From: Chloroflexota bacterium
GTDB lineage: Bacteria > Chloroflexota > UBA11872 > VXOZ01
Length of the DNA stretch: 64,000 nt
Reading direction: 5' to 3'
NCBI GenBank assembly: GCA_963663275.1
Contig: OY760183.1
Span: 1,792,001 to 1,856,000 of the forward strand
The notes beneath the pieces were generated by a model, which searched no databases, was not told where the DNA came from, and worked only from the letters and a program-made list of their open reading frames with translations. This document shows positions 50,270 to 60,953 of this stretch, piece by piece; the stretch's first letter is position 1; every line of letters starts with the position of its first letter. A program made the translations under genes and the position numbers.

Positions 50270-51622
50270 CTACAGCGGAGCGGGCGTCCTTCTGGGTGGA
50301 GCGGCTTGCGGTTCGCCTTCTTCCTGTTGGCGCAGGGTGGGCACGGCAAACGAGATAGCCAGGATGAAGAGCAGGATGACCGCGCCGGCAATCCCTACCA
50401 CCTGCGGCGCGCTCCAGCGGTCTACCATGAGGCCCATGGGAAACGCGGCGAGCGGCATCAGGGAAAAGGCCATCATGTAGATGCTCATCACCCGGCCGTA
50501 GTAGGCCTGGTCGGTGTGCAGCATCACCAGCGTGTTGTTCAGGGACATGTAGGCGTTTGCCGTCAGCCCCACGATGCCGACTAGCACGAGACTCAGGGGC
50601 AGCCACGTGCTGTAGGCAAAGAACAGCAGCGAGACGCCGAACAAACCGCCGAAGACCACTTGCAGCAGTTTGGCGCGCTGGCTGGCCGCCAGATAGGCGA
50701 CGAGCAAGGAGCCGAGCAGGCCGCCCGCGCCGGTGGCGGCGTTCAGGAAGCCGAGCCAGCGCGCGTCGACGCCGAGCACGTCCGCCTGGAAGACCGGCAG
50801 CAGCATCTGGTAGGGCCGTCCCAGCAGCAACGGCACGAAGGCCAGGCTGAGGAGCAGCAGCAGCGTCCGTTCGGTAAACACGTACCTGAAGCCGTCCACC
50901 ATTTGCGCGGAGAACTTGCCGGGCGCCGCTTTCGTGCCGCCGCCGGTCTTGGGCAGCCGCAGGATGAAGAGCGTCGCTGCCCCGTAGCAGAGGGCGGTGA
51001 TGTCGAAGGCCCCGGCGGTTCCCAGCCACGGCGTGACGATGACGATGCCCGCTACCGCGGGACCGACGATGGTCATCATGTTGCGGCCGGAGTTGTTCAG
51101 GGCGATGGCGTTGCCGAGGCGCTCGCGCCCCACCAGCGCGGGAATCAGCGACGAGCGCGTGGGCATGTGCAGCGAGAACGCAATCCCCTGCATGAAGCCA
51201 AAGACGATGAGATGCCAGACGGCAATCAAGCCCGTGTGGATGAGGAGCGCCAGGAAGCCGGAAATCACGAACATGAAGCAATGGGTGCCGACCAGGAGAC
51301 GCCGCTTGTCGAGCCGGTCGGCCAGCACGCCGGCGACCGGAGAAAACACGAGCATCGGCACGCCCATGGCCAGGCTGACAAGGCCGAGCACACCGGCGGA
51401 CCCGGTGAGGTCGTAGGCCAGGTAACCGCGCGAGATGATGGCAACTTGCAGGCCGCCAAAGCCGACGAGCATGCTCAGCCACATATCGCGGAAGGCGGGA
51501 ACCGTCAGCGCATCGAACGTGCGGGCGATGGACGCTATGCCCGTGGGCTTCTCGCCATCCCTCGTGCGGTCGGCCCCGGGATCAGGGCGTTCCGGCTGTG
51601 GTGTGGAGGCTTGGACGTTCAG
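50270..51622 (-). CDS. MFS transporter (start uncertain; first ATG at 51484)
   Basis: GVLADRLDKRR motif A, many hydrophobic helices, GRVMS; frame open to about 51634. Confidence 0.88.
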   Translation of the reverse strand: MNVQASTPQPERPDPGADRTRDGEKPTGIASIARTFDALTVPAFRDMWLSMLVGFGGLQVAIISRGYLAYDLTGSAGVLGLVSLAMGVPMLVFSPVAGVLADRLDKRRLLVGTHCFMFVISGFLALLIHTGLIAVWHLIVFGFMQGIAFSLHMPTRSSLIPALVGRERLGNAIALNNSGRNMMTIVGPAVAGIVIVTPWLGTAGAFDITALCYGAATLFILRLPKTGGGTKAAPGKFSAQMVDGFRYVFTERTLLLLLSLAFVPLLLGRPYQMLLPVFQADVLGVDARWLGFLNAATGAGGLLGSLLVAYLAASQRAKLLQVVFGGLFGVSLLFFAYSTWLPLSLVLVGIVGLTANAYMSLNNTLVMLHTDQAYYGRVMSIYMMAFSLMPLAAFPMGLMVDRWSAPQVVGIAGAVILLFILAISFAVPTLRQQEEGEPQAAPPRRTPAPL

Positions 51623-51917
51623 CGTGTCAATCTCTTATGCATTGGCTGGGCGAAACCGGCGACAGTCACTCTCCCCGCGCCGTTCGCGCCGCGACCCGCG
51701 TGCGCCTATGGCGAGAGTGTGCTGCATCCGCTTATGGCGAGAGCGCAACTGCCTTTTGACGTGTACGTTAACGTGCATTCTACGCGCTGGGCGGGCCGCT
51801 GGCAAACTGGATTCTTTGCCCCCGCGAGAAGGGGGCCTCTTTCCGGTATGACGGAGTAATGAAGAGTTCATCAAGGCCGCTACCGGGAGTGCTGACGCGT
51901 GCCGGTGCGGCCGCACG

Positions 51918-52496
51918 TCAGCCTCGGCCAATTTTCTGAAGCGCCGTCCGCCGCCGCGCCCACGTCAAGGCCACGCTGGCGGCCACCGCCATGGTACCGG
52001 CCAGCAGGTTGAAGAGAATGTCCACCGGATCGAACACGCGGTTGGGCAGCAGCCACTGGATGCCTTCGTCCAGCGCGCCCAGGGCCGCCGTAATCAAGAC
52101 GGCCAGCACGGGCGGCAGCGGCACGCGGCGGCCGTGGCTCTTGCGCTCGGTCAGCGCCTCGAATATGAGCACGCCCACCACGCCGTACTCGATCAGGTGC
52201 GATCGCTCGGTCGGCACCGTCATGCGGGTGAGCACCAGCAGGTACGCCGCCACGACGCCTATTGCAACCGTCACTTCCGCGCCGCCCGGCCGCACGCGCA
52301 GCCCCTGGGTGAGAACGGTCACGCCCACCAGGAACATGCAGAGCAGGAAGAGGCCGAGGGAGATGTCCAGCAGGCCGCGCTCTTCCAACGTCTCGGCCAG
52401 CGTCTGCGCCAGGCCCAGCGTAAGGTAGATCGCGGCCATTACGACCAGCACCCACAGCCAGAGGCGGCGCTCCCGATGGGAGGAAAAGAGAGTCAT
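51918..52496 (-). CDS. VanZ-like membrane protein
   Basis: ERSHLIEYG, DEGIQWLLPNRVFDPVDILFN. Confidence 0.82.
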   Translation of the reverse strand: MTLFSSHRERRLWLWVLVVMAAIYLTLGLAQTLAETLEERGLLDISLGLFLLCMFLVGVTVLTQGLRVRPGGAEVTVAIGVVAAYLLVLTRMTVPTERSHLIEYGVVGVLIFEALTERKSHGRRVPLPPVLAVLITAALGALDEGIQWLLPNRVFDPVDILFNLLAGTMAVAASVALTWARRRTALQKIGRG

Positions 52497-52576
52497 GGCT
52501 GAATGGGTATCCGGAGCATGAGAGGGAAGAATAGCGAAATGACTACCTGTGGAGAATCATGCAATGTCCGTCATTC

Positions 52577-52813
52577 CAGTAAGTGTTGACAAATCCGTAA
52601 ACAGATTTTAGGTAGAGGGAGCAAGGGGAAGGCAGCACCATGACGTAGTCGTCGATATGTCATTCCGAACGGAGCGCAGCGCAGTGAGGAATCTAAGATG
52701 CTAAGCTTTCAGGAGTCCATTGAGCGCGAGCCCTAGATTCCTCGCTGCGCTCGGAATGACATTAGTGACCAACACTGTCTTATGGGAAGGGGATTCTGTC
52801 AACGAATTACCTG
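52577..52813. mobile_element. Degenerate IR-bounded element enclosing a family D repeat
   Basis: GTAAGTGTTGACAAATCC versus GGATTCTGTCAACGAATTAC; family D at 52658-52761. Confidence 0.45.
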
Positions 52814-53145
52814 ACACCTGCAGGAATGACCTCAACCGCCGACACCATCCCGAGACTGCCGATTTCTGTCAACCAATCACTCGACACTCACAATTCCGGC
52901 GTAAGCCGGAAGCAAAGGCGCAAACTCGGTGAGGCGTGCTCCAGAGCTCGGTGCACACGCGAAATCAAGATAACGCGCCGGAGAACCCAGGCTTCTCCGG
53001 CGTGTTTCACTTCTGAAGTCAGCCTTCCCGCAAAAGGAGCGGCAGGATGGGTGGACGCGTCTCTTCCGTCCGCTCCAATGCAGATCCGGCTATCAGACCA
53101 GCAACCCGCCACGTAGCAACGGACCAAGCCGGTAGTCCTAGCCGC

Positions 53146-54192
53146 CTATTCCAGCGGCAGCTTGACCGGCTCGCCGCCCAAGCTGGCCGACCGCTCCGCC
53201 GCGAAGATCACCTCGTCGATCTTCAGGGCGTCGTGGATGTCCACTTCCGGCTTCTTGTTGTTCAGGATGCAGTCGATGAAGTGGTCTGTCTGCGGCTGGA
53301 AGGGATGGTGCGAGACCTCGGGCGTATCGGGCATGATCGTCTCGAAGGTTGCCCAGTCGGTCTGCTCGGTCATGCGCTCGCCGATGAGGGTCTCGGAATG
53401 GAACTTATTGCCCACCAGCGTGCCCCGGTCGCCGTGCAGGCGCACGTTGAACGAATAGGGGTTGTTGCCCTCCAGGATGCAGCCCACCTTGCCGATGCGG
53501 CCGTCCTTGTAGCTGATCACGCTGAGCACGGTGCCTTCCCAATCGAACGTCTTGGTGAAGTTGCCCCAATGGCCCACCACGTGGTCCACCTCGCCGGGCA
53601 TGAACTGGAGCAGCGCGTCCACGGCGTGGCAGCCGGCGGCCGCCAGCGCGGAACCGCCCTGTTCACGGGTCTTCACCCAGGGGTAGCCCACGTACCACTG
53701 CGGCCAGTTGGCGCTGAAGTAGTCGCACTCGCCGTAGAAGATGTTGCCGAAGGCGTTGGCCTTGATGAGCTTGTGCACGATCAGGAAGTAGGGACTCCAG
53801 TGCAGTTCGAAGCCCTCGCAGGCCACCACGCCGGCCTTGTCCACCGCCGCCGCGATGGACTTCAAGCCTTCCCAGCTAAGAGCCGCGGGCTTCTCGATGA
53901 GCAGGTGATTGCCGGCTTCCGCGCCCGCTATCGCCTGGTCCACGTGCTTCTCGTTGGTGGAGCAGATGAAGATGACGTCCAAGTTGTCCTGCTTCAGCAT
54001 CTGCTCGTAGTCGTTGTAGACGTGGGCGTTGGCCAGCCCGTGCTCGTCCTTGGCGTTCTGGGCGTTTTCCAGGCTGCCGCTGCACAGCCCCACCACCTCG
54101 GTATGCGGGTTCTTGACCAACGTGTCGATGTGCTGGTGCGATACCCAGCCAATGCCGACCACACCAACACCAAGCTTGCCGTTGTCTGTCAT
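53146..54192 (-). CDS. Gfo/Idh/MocA family oxidoreductase
   Basis: GVGVVGIG, HLLIEKP, AGCHAVD. Confidence 0.92.
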   Translation of the reverse strand: MTDNGKLGVGVVGIGWVSHQHIDTLVKNPHTEVVGLCSGSLENAQNAKDEHGLANAHVYNDYEQMLKQDNLDVIFICSTNEKHVDQAIAGAEAGNHLLIEKPAALSWEGLKSIAAAVDKAGVVACEGFELHWSPYFLIVHKLIKANAFGNIFYGECDYFSANWPQWYVGYPWVKTREQGGSALAAAGCHAVDALLQFMPGEVDHVVGHWGNFTKTFDWEGTVLSVISYKDGRIGKVGCILEGNNPYSFNVRLHGDRGTLVGNKFHSETLIGERMTEQTDWATFETIMPDTPEVSHHPFQPQTDHFIDCILNNKKPEVDIHDALKIDEVIFAAERSASLGGEPVKLPLE

Positions 54193-54498
54193 TGCTAATC
54201 CTCCCAAAGACTTAAAAAGAACATCCAATGAACGTTGGCTACAGTACAGCGTATTCTCGGCTTGCTGTCAAGGTAAGCAATAGAGCAAAGCGCCCAAACA
54301 GCAGCACTGGAGGTGTGCTTCTCCTGCAGCAGGATTAGGCGAGTCTCTCTGTCAAGGACTAGTCGGTTGCAGTGAAGCCAGAATTCAAGTGGAGTGACAA
54401 GAGTCGAGTGGGCAACGGGACTGACCACTGTCGCCCCAATGGTCTCCATTGCGGACTCCCATCGACATCGCGTATGTTCTGCCAGTACGGACCAAACT

Positions 54499-56727
54499 TC
54501 ATTCACAGAAGCGTAGTCCGCGGAGATCGTGATCCTGCAAGCGCTCGGACAAGACTGCTGGCACGCATCCACTAAAGAAATTTGCATAGAGATAGAGATT
54601 CACGAGGTTCTCAAGACTCCCAAGCTCAGGCGGTATCGTGCCGGTTAGGTAATTGAACCTCAAGTCCAACACTCTCAGGTTGGTCAATCCACCTATTTCA
54701 GGAGGAATACTGCCCTCTAGTTTGGTGCAACACATGCGTAGATAGCCCAATTGCTTGAGATTGCCTAACTCCGCTGGGATGCTCCCTTCTAGCGGGTTCT
54801 GACCGAGAGTCAAGCCCGCGAGCTTCGCTAGCCGTCCTAGGGACTTCGGAATCCTCCCACTGAGTTCATTGTTATCCAGAATCAGAGTTCTGAGTTCGGT
54901 GAGGTCTCCAATGTTCGAGGGAATAGGACCGCGGAGGGAGTTCGACCCAAGATCTAGCACCTTTAGGTTTTGAAGCCTTGCTAACTCCGATGGAATCTTA
55001 CCGACAAGATGCTGGTTATTGAGGCGCAGATACTCCAGTTCACTTAGATTCACTATTTCAGGTGGAATAAATCCCGTCAGGGTATTGCTTTCGTACATGC
55101 CAAAGTCCAGGCGCCGGACTCGGGGAGGTGAGCCATCAACGAAGATCCCTTGCCACTGCTGGATGGGAACTGAGGCTCTCCAATTCAAGAGAGCCTGCCC
55201 AGCCAGTTTATTTCGAAGCCTGAGCAGCGTCTGGCAGTCGCGCACTAAGCCCGGATTGCCACTGTATATCTCTGCGCACGCCGCAATGTCGGCGGACGTG
55301 TCAGTCCAATCTGAGTGCTCCGCAACTAGCTGCTCGGCTGACCCCCGCACCAGGCGCTTGACTGTTCCGTCATTCACAACAGTGTAGAGGTGAAAGCGGC
55401 GGTCGTATGACATTGAGAGTACGGCTAGAACTAGGCCGTCTGGCGACCACGCAGTCTCTACCACAGTCGGCAGCCCTCCTGCTACCGCTTCCTTCAAATT
55501 GCTGCCGTCTGGGCTAATTGTGTAGGCAAGTCCACCGTTCCAAGAACTGATCCAGACTTCCTCCCCCATGGGCGACCACATCACCGGGCCGTATCCAGTG
55601 TCTTTGTGGTTTGCCGTAACGTTTCGAATATCCGAGCCGTCCGAGCGCACTACGTAAACAGTAGGGCCAATGGAGTCGGAACCCGTCCTTTGAAACCCAG
55701 TAAATGCCAGCATGGAGCCATCGGGGGACCACGCCGCTGACTTTGGAACGTAATCACCTACCGGAGAGCCCCAACTAGCAGGCGCTAATCGGACCAGCTT
55801 AGAACCATCAGCCTCAACAATGTACAGGAACGAAAGAGTATTCCCGTAGGTCGTCTTGTCTTCGGGGCCTAAGAAAGCCAGGCGGCTGCTAGCCGGCGAC
55901 CAGAATGCCGGTCCGCAGAAGAAAGCGTTGAGATCGCCAATACGTGTGGGCTCTGACCCATCCAGTCGAACTGTGTAGAGACCATACCACTCGCGTCCTT
56001 CAACGCCGGGCTCCGAGCCTGCAAATGCGAGCCAATTGCCGTCCGGTGACCACTTAGCCCCTTGCCAGGTCTGGTGGCATCCAACTCTGACCAAAGATGA
56101 AACCAATTGCACGTCGGAACCGTCAGCGTTCATTACATAGAGCCGATAGCCGAGGTGATTTCGACTACCACCGCGGTTGCTGAGAAAGGCGATCTGCTGC
56201 CCGTCAGGCGACCACACGGGATTGATGTTGTGTTGGCTAGAGTGCCTGCTGTAGGACTTAAAAGGCGTCAGCCGCACCACGTCGCTGCCATCGAACGCCG
56301 CCGTCTCAATGACGGAACTGTCACGTGGCACAAACACACTATAGGCAACCCGCGCGCCGTCGGGCGAAAGCGAAGGCGCAAATGCCCCTGGGCGCTCCCA
56401 GTCTCCAAACTGCGGCGCAGTCTCAGGGAAGGACCGCAATTCCATGCCGGCGCTGTCAACTATGTAGGCCCCCAACAACCCGCCACTTGAAAACAGTATG
56501 TGCTCCCCGTCCGGCGCCCACGTCAGGCTTGTAGCTCCTTCCGCGAGATTAGCCGCGGAGTCATCCCATTCCGATGTGAAAGGAGACTTGCTTCGATCAG
56601 GAGTGTGGTCATCCACAACTGTGGGCGGAGGATCAGAGTCGGTTTTGCAGCCTTCAGGGCAAGACGCGACAAATAGCAAACTTCCCAAGAGGACCAAGAC
56701 CGCTTTGAGCAATCGCAAACTTAGCAT
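54499..56727 (-). CDS. Exported TolB-like beta-propeller plus plant-type LRR protein (8 LRR units)
   Basis: Hydrophobic N-terminus ending VASC; 8 WSPDG-type repeats; LxxLxxLxLxxNxLxGxIP repeats. Confidence 0.88.
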   Translation of the reverse strand: MLSLRLLKAVLVLLGSLLFVASCPEGCKTDSDPPPTVVDDHTPDRSKSPFTSEWDDSAANLAEGATSLTWAPDGEHILFSSGGLLGAYIVDSAGMELRSFPETAPQFGDWERPGAFAPSLSPDGARVAYSVFVPRDSSVIETAAFDGSDVVRLTPFKSYSRHSSQHNINPVWSPDGQQIAFLSNRGGSRNHLGYRLYVMNADGSDVQLVSSLVRVGCHQTWQGAKWSPDGNWLAFAGSEPGVEGREWYGLYTVRLDGSEPTRIGDLNAFFCGPAFWSPASSRLAFLGPEDKTTYGNTLSFLYIVEADGSKLVRLAPASWGSPVGDYVPKSAAWSPDGSMLAFTGFQRTGSDSIGPTVYVVRSDGSDIRNVTANHKDTGYGPVMWSPMGEEVWISSWNGGLAYTISPDGSNLKEAVAGGLPTVVETAWSPDGLVLAVLSMSYDRRFHLYTVVNDGTVKRLVRGSAEQLVAEHSDWTDTSADIAACAEIYSGNPGLVRDCQTLLRLRNKLAGQALLNWRASVPIQQWQGIFVDGSPPRVRRLDFGMYESNTLTGFIPPEIVNLSELEYLRLNNQHLVGKIPSELARLQNLKVLDLGSNSLRGPIPSNIGDLTELRTLILDNNELSGRIPKSLGRLAKLAGLTLGQNPLEGSIPAELGNLKQLGYLRMCCTKLEGSIPPEIGGLTNLRVLDLRFNYLTGTIPPELGSLENLVNLYLYANFFSGCVPAVLSERLQDHDLRGLRFCE

Positions 56728-57335
56728 CCTGAGCCACCTATCAAATCCATACAGATGGTTACGCGCCCGGTGCCACTCATCGATTGCATGAACCGGCGTT
56801 CCACCTCGGTCGCGGACGGCAGGGCATCGGTGGCGGCCAATCCCAGCCAAAAGCGGACTGCTCCTTCCCGCTGTCCCGCAGTCCTGGCCACGCCCCGCCA
56901 CGCGCAGCGGATGGAACTTGCCGCGGCTCGCCCACGAAATACGATGTGCGCCGGGGACGCTCCGGCCAGACGCAGCCCCTTCTCCAACACGTCCTCAACA
57001 CTATCGGCATCCGACCGGATGAAATACCCGGCGGCAGCGGGTCTCGGATTGAACAGATCAAGGCCGCTGACGTTGCGCGGGGCGCACGCATCGTCACCGT
57101 TGCCGGAGCATGGTTGGCTGCCCGTTGCGGCGGCGCTATCGGTGTGGACTTGGCTATCGCGCGGCGCATGGGGAGCGGCATCATAGGGCGAGGCCAGAGT
57201 CTGGGCCGGATGCGCAACCACAGGCTCGCGTCCACCGTTGCCGTCGGTCCCTGGATCGCCGCAGCCGGCGGCCGCCCCGAGCAGGAGCAGCCCCAGCAAG
57301 CAAACGCGCCTCAGTTCTTCTCTCAACCGCAGCAT
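56721..57335 (-). pseudogene. Probable truncated lipoprotein gene
   Basis: LLGLLLLGAAAGC lipobox; GC-rich body runs into AT-richer sequence near 56760 and stops; truncation is inferred. Confidence 0.45.
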
Positions 57336-57381
57336 CTCTAACCTGCCTTCACGCAGTAGAAAATCAATCGTAGTCCTGCCG

Positions 57382-59280
57382 TCACTCGCAGTAGTCAATC
57401 CCAGGGTGTGGAACTGACCGGTCAGCTAAGACCGCTGGCACACAGCCACTCAGGTTATTGCCGTGAAGCTCTAGCCGTTCCAGATTCTCGAGGTTCCCCA
57501 ACTCTGGCGGCACATCCCCGCTGAGGATGTTGTCCCTCAGGTCTAGGCTCTTCAGGTTCACAAGGTTCCCCAGTTCCGGCGGGATGCTGCCCGTAAGGTA
57601 ATTCCGCCTGAGCCTTAATCCTTTCAGCTTGTTGAGGTTCCCCAACTCCGCCGGAATGCTACCGGTCAAGGCATTGGAGCTAAGGTACAACCACTCCAAT
57701 TCGCTCAGGTTGCCCATCTCCGGCGGAATAACGCCTGTCAGCCAAGGAGAATCAGTATGAGAACCGGAGGAGAGCACCAGCCTTCGAACGCGCGGCGGGT
57801 CTCCTTCAACGCTGACACCTTGCCAATCCCGAATGGGGACTTCAGCGCTCCAGTTCAGCAAGGTTTCTCCGGCCAAAGTATCGCGAATGCGCAGCAGCGT
57901 TTGGCAATCTTCCACCAGGCCCGGGTTATCCTCGTAGAGTTCAGCGCACGCGACAATGTCGTCGGACACGTCGCGCCAATCCGAGTGCTCAGCGACTATA
58001 CGCAAGGACGTGCCCCGCATCAGCAAGCGTTTGTTCGTGCCGTCTCGCTCAATTGTGAAGAGCTTCAGCCCTCGATTGTAGGTGAGCACGGCAAGCCGCG
58101 AACCGTCTGGGGACCACGCGGTGCGCGCCACGTCGGGCAGGCCGCCCGAGGCCCACGCGCGCAGCCCGCTGCCGTCCGGCCGCACCGCGTAGGCTAGCCC
58201 TCCGATGAGGATTTCTTCACCGTCCGGCGTCCACACCAGGGGCCCGCCGTGCCCACTCGCCACCTGGCGTAGTTCTGCGCCATCGGGCCGCACGACATTG
58301 ACCTGGGCGCCGTTCGTGAAGGCCAGCCAGGCGCCGTCCGGGGACCAAGCCAGCGCGGAGGCACCATAGTCTGGCGGCGTTAACCTGGTCAGCCCCGACC
58401 CGTCGGCTCGCACTGCATAGGCGCCACTGCGAGTTTCCCCTTCAGCGACGGTCTCGAAACCTGAGAACGCCAACCAAGTGCCGTCAGGCGACCACTCCAA
58501 TGAATTGTTCCTTCTTTGGACGTGAAGGTCTGGTGGTGTTACTCTGACCAGACGTGACCCGTCCGGCTTGACGGTAAAGAGAATGGGGTAGAAGTGCCCT
58601 TTACTATCAGGATCATAGCCCACGAGGGCCAACCGGTTGCCATCCGGTGACCAAAGTACCGGCCGCATTTCCTGGCTAACGATAGAAGGAATCGATAGTG
58701 CAAGGGCCCGAGAATTCGATCCATCGGCGTCCATGACGTAGAGGAGCCGAGTGACATCGCCAGGCGGGTAGTGTGTACCAATGAAGGCTATCTGCTTACC
58801 ATCCGGCGACCACACCGGATAGGTGCTGAAATGGTTATAAGGATCGCGTGACTTGCCTTCAGAGTCTGTGTAAGGCACCAACGGCGTTAGTCGACGCACG
58901 TCAGTCCCGTCGAACGTTGCCTTTTCTATTACTATGTTATTCTTGGGCGCCCACACACTGTAGGCTACGTGCGATCCATCAGGAGAGAGTTCTGGCGCAA
59001 ATGTTCCTGGATGATCCCAATTGCCAAACATCGGCGCAGTCTCAGGAAAGGCACGCAAGTTTCGGCCAGCGCTGTCTACTACGTACACACCCAATAGCCC
59101 GCCACTCGTGAACAGAATGTCTTCCCCATCCCGGGACCACATGAGGCTTGGAACGTCAGCCAAGTGTGTCGGCCCTCCCACATCGAACGGTCTATCGGAA
59201 CTAACGTCACAGGCCCCAGGCGTCGACGCCATGAAGAGTATACTCCCCAACACAAGCACGCCTAGCCTGATCTTTCTCAT
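57382..59280 (-). CDS. Exported TolB-like beta-propeller plus plant-type LRR protein (5 LRR units)
   Basis: MRKIRLGVLVLGSILF...GAC signal; 8 WSPDG-type repeats; LRR block; paralog of 54499-56727. Confidence 0.88.
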   Translation of the reverse strand: MRKIRLGVLVLGSILFMASTPGACDVSSDRPFDVGGPTHLADVPSLMWSRDGEDILFTSGGLLGVYVVDSAGRNLRAFPETAPMFGNWDHPGTFAPELSPDGSHVAYSVWAPKNNIVIEKATFDGTDVRRLTPLVPYTDSEGKSRDPYNHFSTYPVWSPDGKQIAFIGTHYPPGDVTRLLYVMDADGSNSRALALSIPSIVSQEMRPVLWSPDGNRLALVGYDPDSKGHFYPILFTVKPDGSRLVRVTPPDLHVQRRNNSLEWSPDGTWLAFSGFETVAEGETRSGAYAVRADGSGLTRLTPPDYGASALAWSPDGAWLAFTNGAQVNVVRPDGAELRQVASGHGGPLVWTPDGEEILIGGLAYAVRPDGSGLRAWASGGLPDVARTAWSPDGSRLAVLTYNRGLKLFTIERDGTNKRLLMRGTSLRIVAEHSDWRDVSDDIVACAELYEDNPGLVEDCQTLLRIRDTLAGETLLNWSAEVPIRDWQGVSVEGDPPRVRRLVLSSGSHTDSPWLTGVIPPEMGNLSELEWLYLSSNALTGSIPAELGNLNKLKGLRLRRNYLTGSIPPELGNLVNLKSLDLRDNILSGDVPPELGNLENLERLELHGNNLSGCVPAVLADRSVPHPGIDYCE

Positions 59281-59555
59281 GTCCAGCTTTACTAAGTTCA
59301 CTTCATTGCTCTCCCTATGGCGTTTGCCGCGGCGGTGACTGATACAACGAAAATATGGCCAGCACGTCGAGTGGATGCGGCGCGGAATCCGGTTCTTGCA
59401 ATTTTGACACGTCTGCATTATACAGGTAAAAGACCATCGCAGGATGCCTCGTGCCGTGTGCGGCTGTGTTTAACAAGCAAAGAGCGGGGGCACATTGCCC
59501 CCGCTCTTTGGCCAATACTCTAAACTCTGCCCCAACGCCAGACTCTGCCCAGGCC

Positions 59556-60953
59556 TTAGAAATCCAGCACCGAGTTGGCGAGCGTCTCGTCCAGGACGAT
59601 TTGGGTTTGCTCGTTGGTTTCGGCGATGGCTTCCTGGATGGTCTTTTCGCCCTGGTAGATGGTGCGCGGCAGGGCGACGTGGAGGCCGAGGATTTGGATG
59701 CCGCCGGGGGCGGTCACCACCCAGTGCGCGCCGGCCATCTCGATGGCGGCCTGGAGGCGCAGCGGGTCGTCCTTGGTCCACTCGGGGCTGTTCGCGATGG
59801 CCTTCTGCACCGGGATGCGCCCTTTTTCATCGTTGAAGCGCAGTTCCTGCGGCGCATCGTAGAGCCACTCGAGAAACGCGAACGCGCCCTCGGGATTGGC
59901 GGAAGCGTTGGGCAGCACCTTGGAGCCGCCGCCGCCGTAGGTCGCGGGCGTGCCGCCGGGCGGAATCGGCTCCACGGTCAGGCCGTAGCTGAGCGCGGCA
60001 AAGCCCTCGCGGTAGTCGGGGAAGTTCGGGATGTCGTAGATCTCGAAGTACATCGCCAGCTTGCCGTCGATGAAGATCTGCTGCGGCCGGACATCGCCCC
60101 GGAACTCGCCGATGGCGTCGTAGCCGTCCTGGGCCTCGTACATACGCAGGGTATGCTCGAAGGCGTTCACCATCATCTCGTTGTCCATGGTGGACGTGCT
60201 GTCGTCGGCGGAGGTCAGGTTGCCGCCCTGCTGCCAGTAGGGGATCATCCAACCGGCCAGGGCGCCGCCGCTGCCCCACAAGGGCACGAAGCCGAGACGT
60301 TCAATAGTGCCGCCGTCTTTCTTGAACGTCAGGTTGATGGCTTCGTGGAAATCGTCCCACGAGGCGGGCGGGTTTTCGGGATCCAGGCCCACTTCCAGCA
60401 GCGCGTCGTTGTTGTGGAAGAGCGTGCGCACGTCCGCCGACCACGGCAGGCCGAAGTGGTGGCCGCGATAGGTGACGTCGTTGAGGATGCGCTCCCACAT
60501 GTCGCTCGTATCGATGATGGACGACGCCTTGACCATGTCCGTAATGTCGCGCACGATGCCGTTCACCGCCATGGTTTTGGGAATGTAGCGGTCCTGAAAC
60601 GCCATGTCGGGCGCCGCGCCGCCGGCCACCGCCGCGGGCAGGGTGTCGCGATTGTCCCTGCCGGACTTGGGAACGGTGGTGACGTTGTAGGCGTCGAAAG
60701 TCTCGTTGAACTCGGCCACCAGTTCCGCGCCAATCTCCTCGTTGAAGGAACCCCACGCTGAGGTGAGCGACCAGTAGACGACCTCCGTGGCCTCCATGGG
60801 GGCCGCGGGTTTTTCTTCTTCCTTGGCCTCCGGCGCTGCTTCCTTGGGCGCTTCCTCCATCGGGGCCGCGGCTGTGCCGCAGGCGGCAAGCAGCGCGGCG
60901 CTGCCCGCAAGCCCGATACCCGTTCCAAGCAACTGCCGTCTTGACGTACGCAT
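59556..60953 (-). CDS. Sugar-type ABC transporter solute-binding lipoprotein (Tat-like signal)
   Basis: SRRQLL...LLAACG, GGAAPD, GLPW, PASWDD; GGAGG RBS. Confidence 0.9.
   Translation of the reverse strand: MRTSRRQLLGTGIGLAGSAALLAACGTAAAPMEEAPKEAAPEAKEEEKPAAPMEATEVVYWSLTSAWGSFNEEIGAELVAEFNETFDAYNVTTVPKSGRDNRDTLPAAVAGGAAPDMAFQDRYIPKTMAVNGIVRDITDMVKASSIIDTSDMWERILNDVTYRGHHFGLPWSADVRTLFHNNDALLEVGLDPENPPASWDDFHEAINLTFKKDGGTIERLGFVPLWGSGGALAGWMIPYWQQGGNLTSADDSTSTMDNEMMVNAFEHTLRMYEAQDGYDAIGEFRGDVRPQQIFIDGKLAMYFEIYDIPNFPDYREGFAALSYGLTVEPIPPGGTPATYGGGGSKVLPNASANPEGAFAFLEWLYDAPQELRFNDEKGRIPVQKAIANSPEWTKDDPLRLQAAIEMAGAHWVVTAPGGIQILGLHVALPRTIYQGEKTIQEAIAETNEQTQIVLDETLANSVLDF

Noticed and set aside
52973-53005. 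Intrinsic terminator
   Set aside because: Strong hairpin but no convincing U-tract, and about 140 bp from the nearest stop codon
54499-59280. Diversity-generating retroelement acting on the LRR paralogs
   Set aside because: No reverse transcriptase and no near-identical template/variable repeat pair differing only at adenines
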